DNA of 64,000 nt, taken from Octopus sinensis (Eukaryota). A program made the position numbers and the translations under genes. The notes under the pieces are model-generated. The model was not told the DNA's origin. It saw only the letters and a program-made list of their open reading frames with translations, and did not search any database. Location: contig NW_021833011.1 in the NCBI RefSeq assembly GCF_006345805.1, positions 1-64,000 of the forward strand, read 5' to 3'. Below are positions 63,417 to 64,000 of the stretch, piece after piece; within the stretch, counting starts at the first letter, position 1, and each line of letters begins with the position of its first letter.

Positions 63417-63529
63417 GTAGGACTTGTTATTTGTTTGATATTTTAGTGAAAACTAAATGATTTATTTCAGGTGTTAATTAAGATTTTTCCTCCTTCAGTC
63501 AACTTTTATCTGATTCCTATAATTGGTTT

Positions 63530-63962
63530 ATGGGCACAGCCATGGATTTGTGGTTAAAAAGATTCATTTCTAACCATGGTGATTCCTAATGTAAGGGAAC
63601 TCAAGAAAATATCTTCTAATATGGCCCTGAGCTGACCAAAGTCTTGTCAACTGGTTTAGAAGATAGAAACTGATACAAGAGCCCCTCATATATGTATTGT
63701 GTGTTGTGTGTGTGTGTTTGTACTCTTGTCTTCAAATCACGTGATGGCTGTAAACAAGCATCTCCAGCATACAAGTGAGGTTGTTTGTTTCCTGTCTTCT
63801 GTGGAAACCTCGTGTGTCCAGGGGGAAATATTACCTTGCTTGGAAACAGGTGAGAGTCAGCATCAGGAAGAGCATCCAGCTATAGAAAGTCTGCCTCAAT
63901 AAACTAATCTGACCCATGCAAGCAGGGAACAATGGATGTGAAATCAAGGATGATGATGATGT
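63530..63962 (+). mobile_element. Full SINE: tRNA-like head, body, RTE-like 3' tail, (GAT)n
   Basis: AGGAAGAGCATCCAGCTATAGAAA..ACCCATGCAAGCA..GATGATGAT tail shared with the RTE LINEs. Confidence 0.7.
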
Positions 63963-64000
63963 TTAATTTATGGCTGTTGATAAAATATTCTTGTCTCATT

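Overview
AT-rich, repeat-dense animal genomic DNA. It is probably octopus/cephalopod; I infer that from recognising the SINE/LINE families from memory and cannot verify it here. There are no prokaryotic features. Four intact coding exons of PARP14/PARP9/PARP15-like type are supported: two N-terminal RRM-like exons on the minus strand (4237-4040, 2491-2255) and two macrodomain exons on the plus strand (51821-52069, 63237-63416). All four have GT-AG borders and are phase 1-1. Between them lie two inverted, broken copies of an intronless multi-pass membrane-protein gene (23339-24203 minus, 36374-38520 plus) and two pile-ups of R4/Dong-type LINEs in (TAA)n. The rest is RTE, CR1, Tx1, CRE-like, Penelope, Helitron, hAT and mariner remnants, tRNA-derived SINEs and microsatellites. 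The most unusual signal is a core-intact type I hammerhead ribozyme motif with a ~74-nt helix II at 53847-53964 (minus, antisense in the macrodomain intron). A decayed motif of the same architecture sits in a ~480-bp retrozyme-like unit at 14330-14818. Other notable structures: a near-perfect 404/408-bp inverted duplication, a mariner fold-back, a 67-bp hairpin VNTR in RTE 3' UTRs, and a 46-bp cross-family templated insertion. Most repeat boundaries are approximate (tens of bp). Exon, ribozyme and inverted-repeat coordinates were counted by hand.
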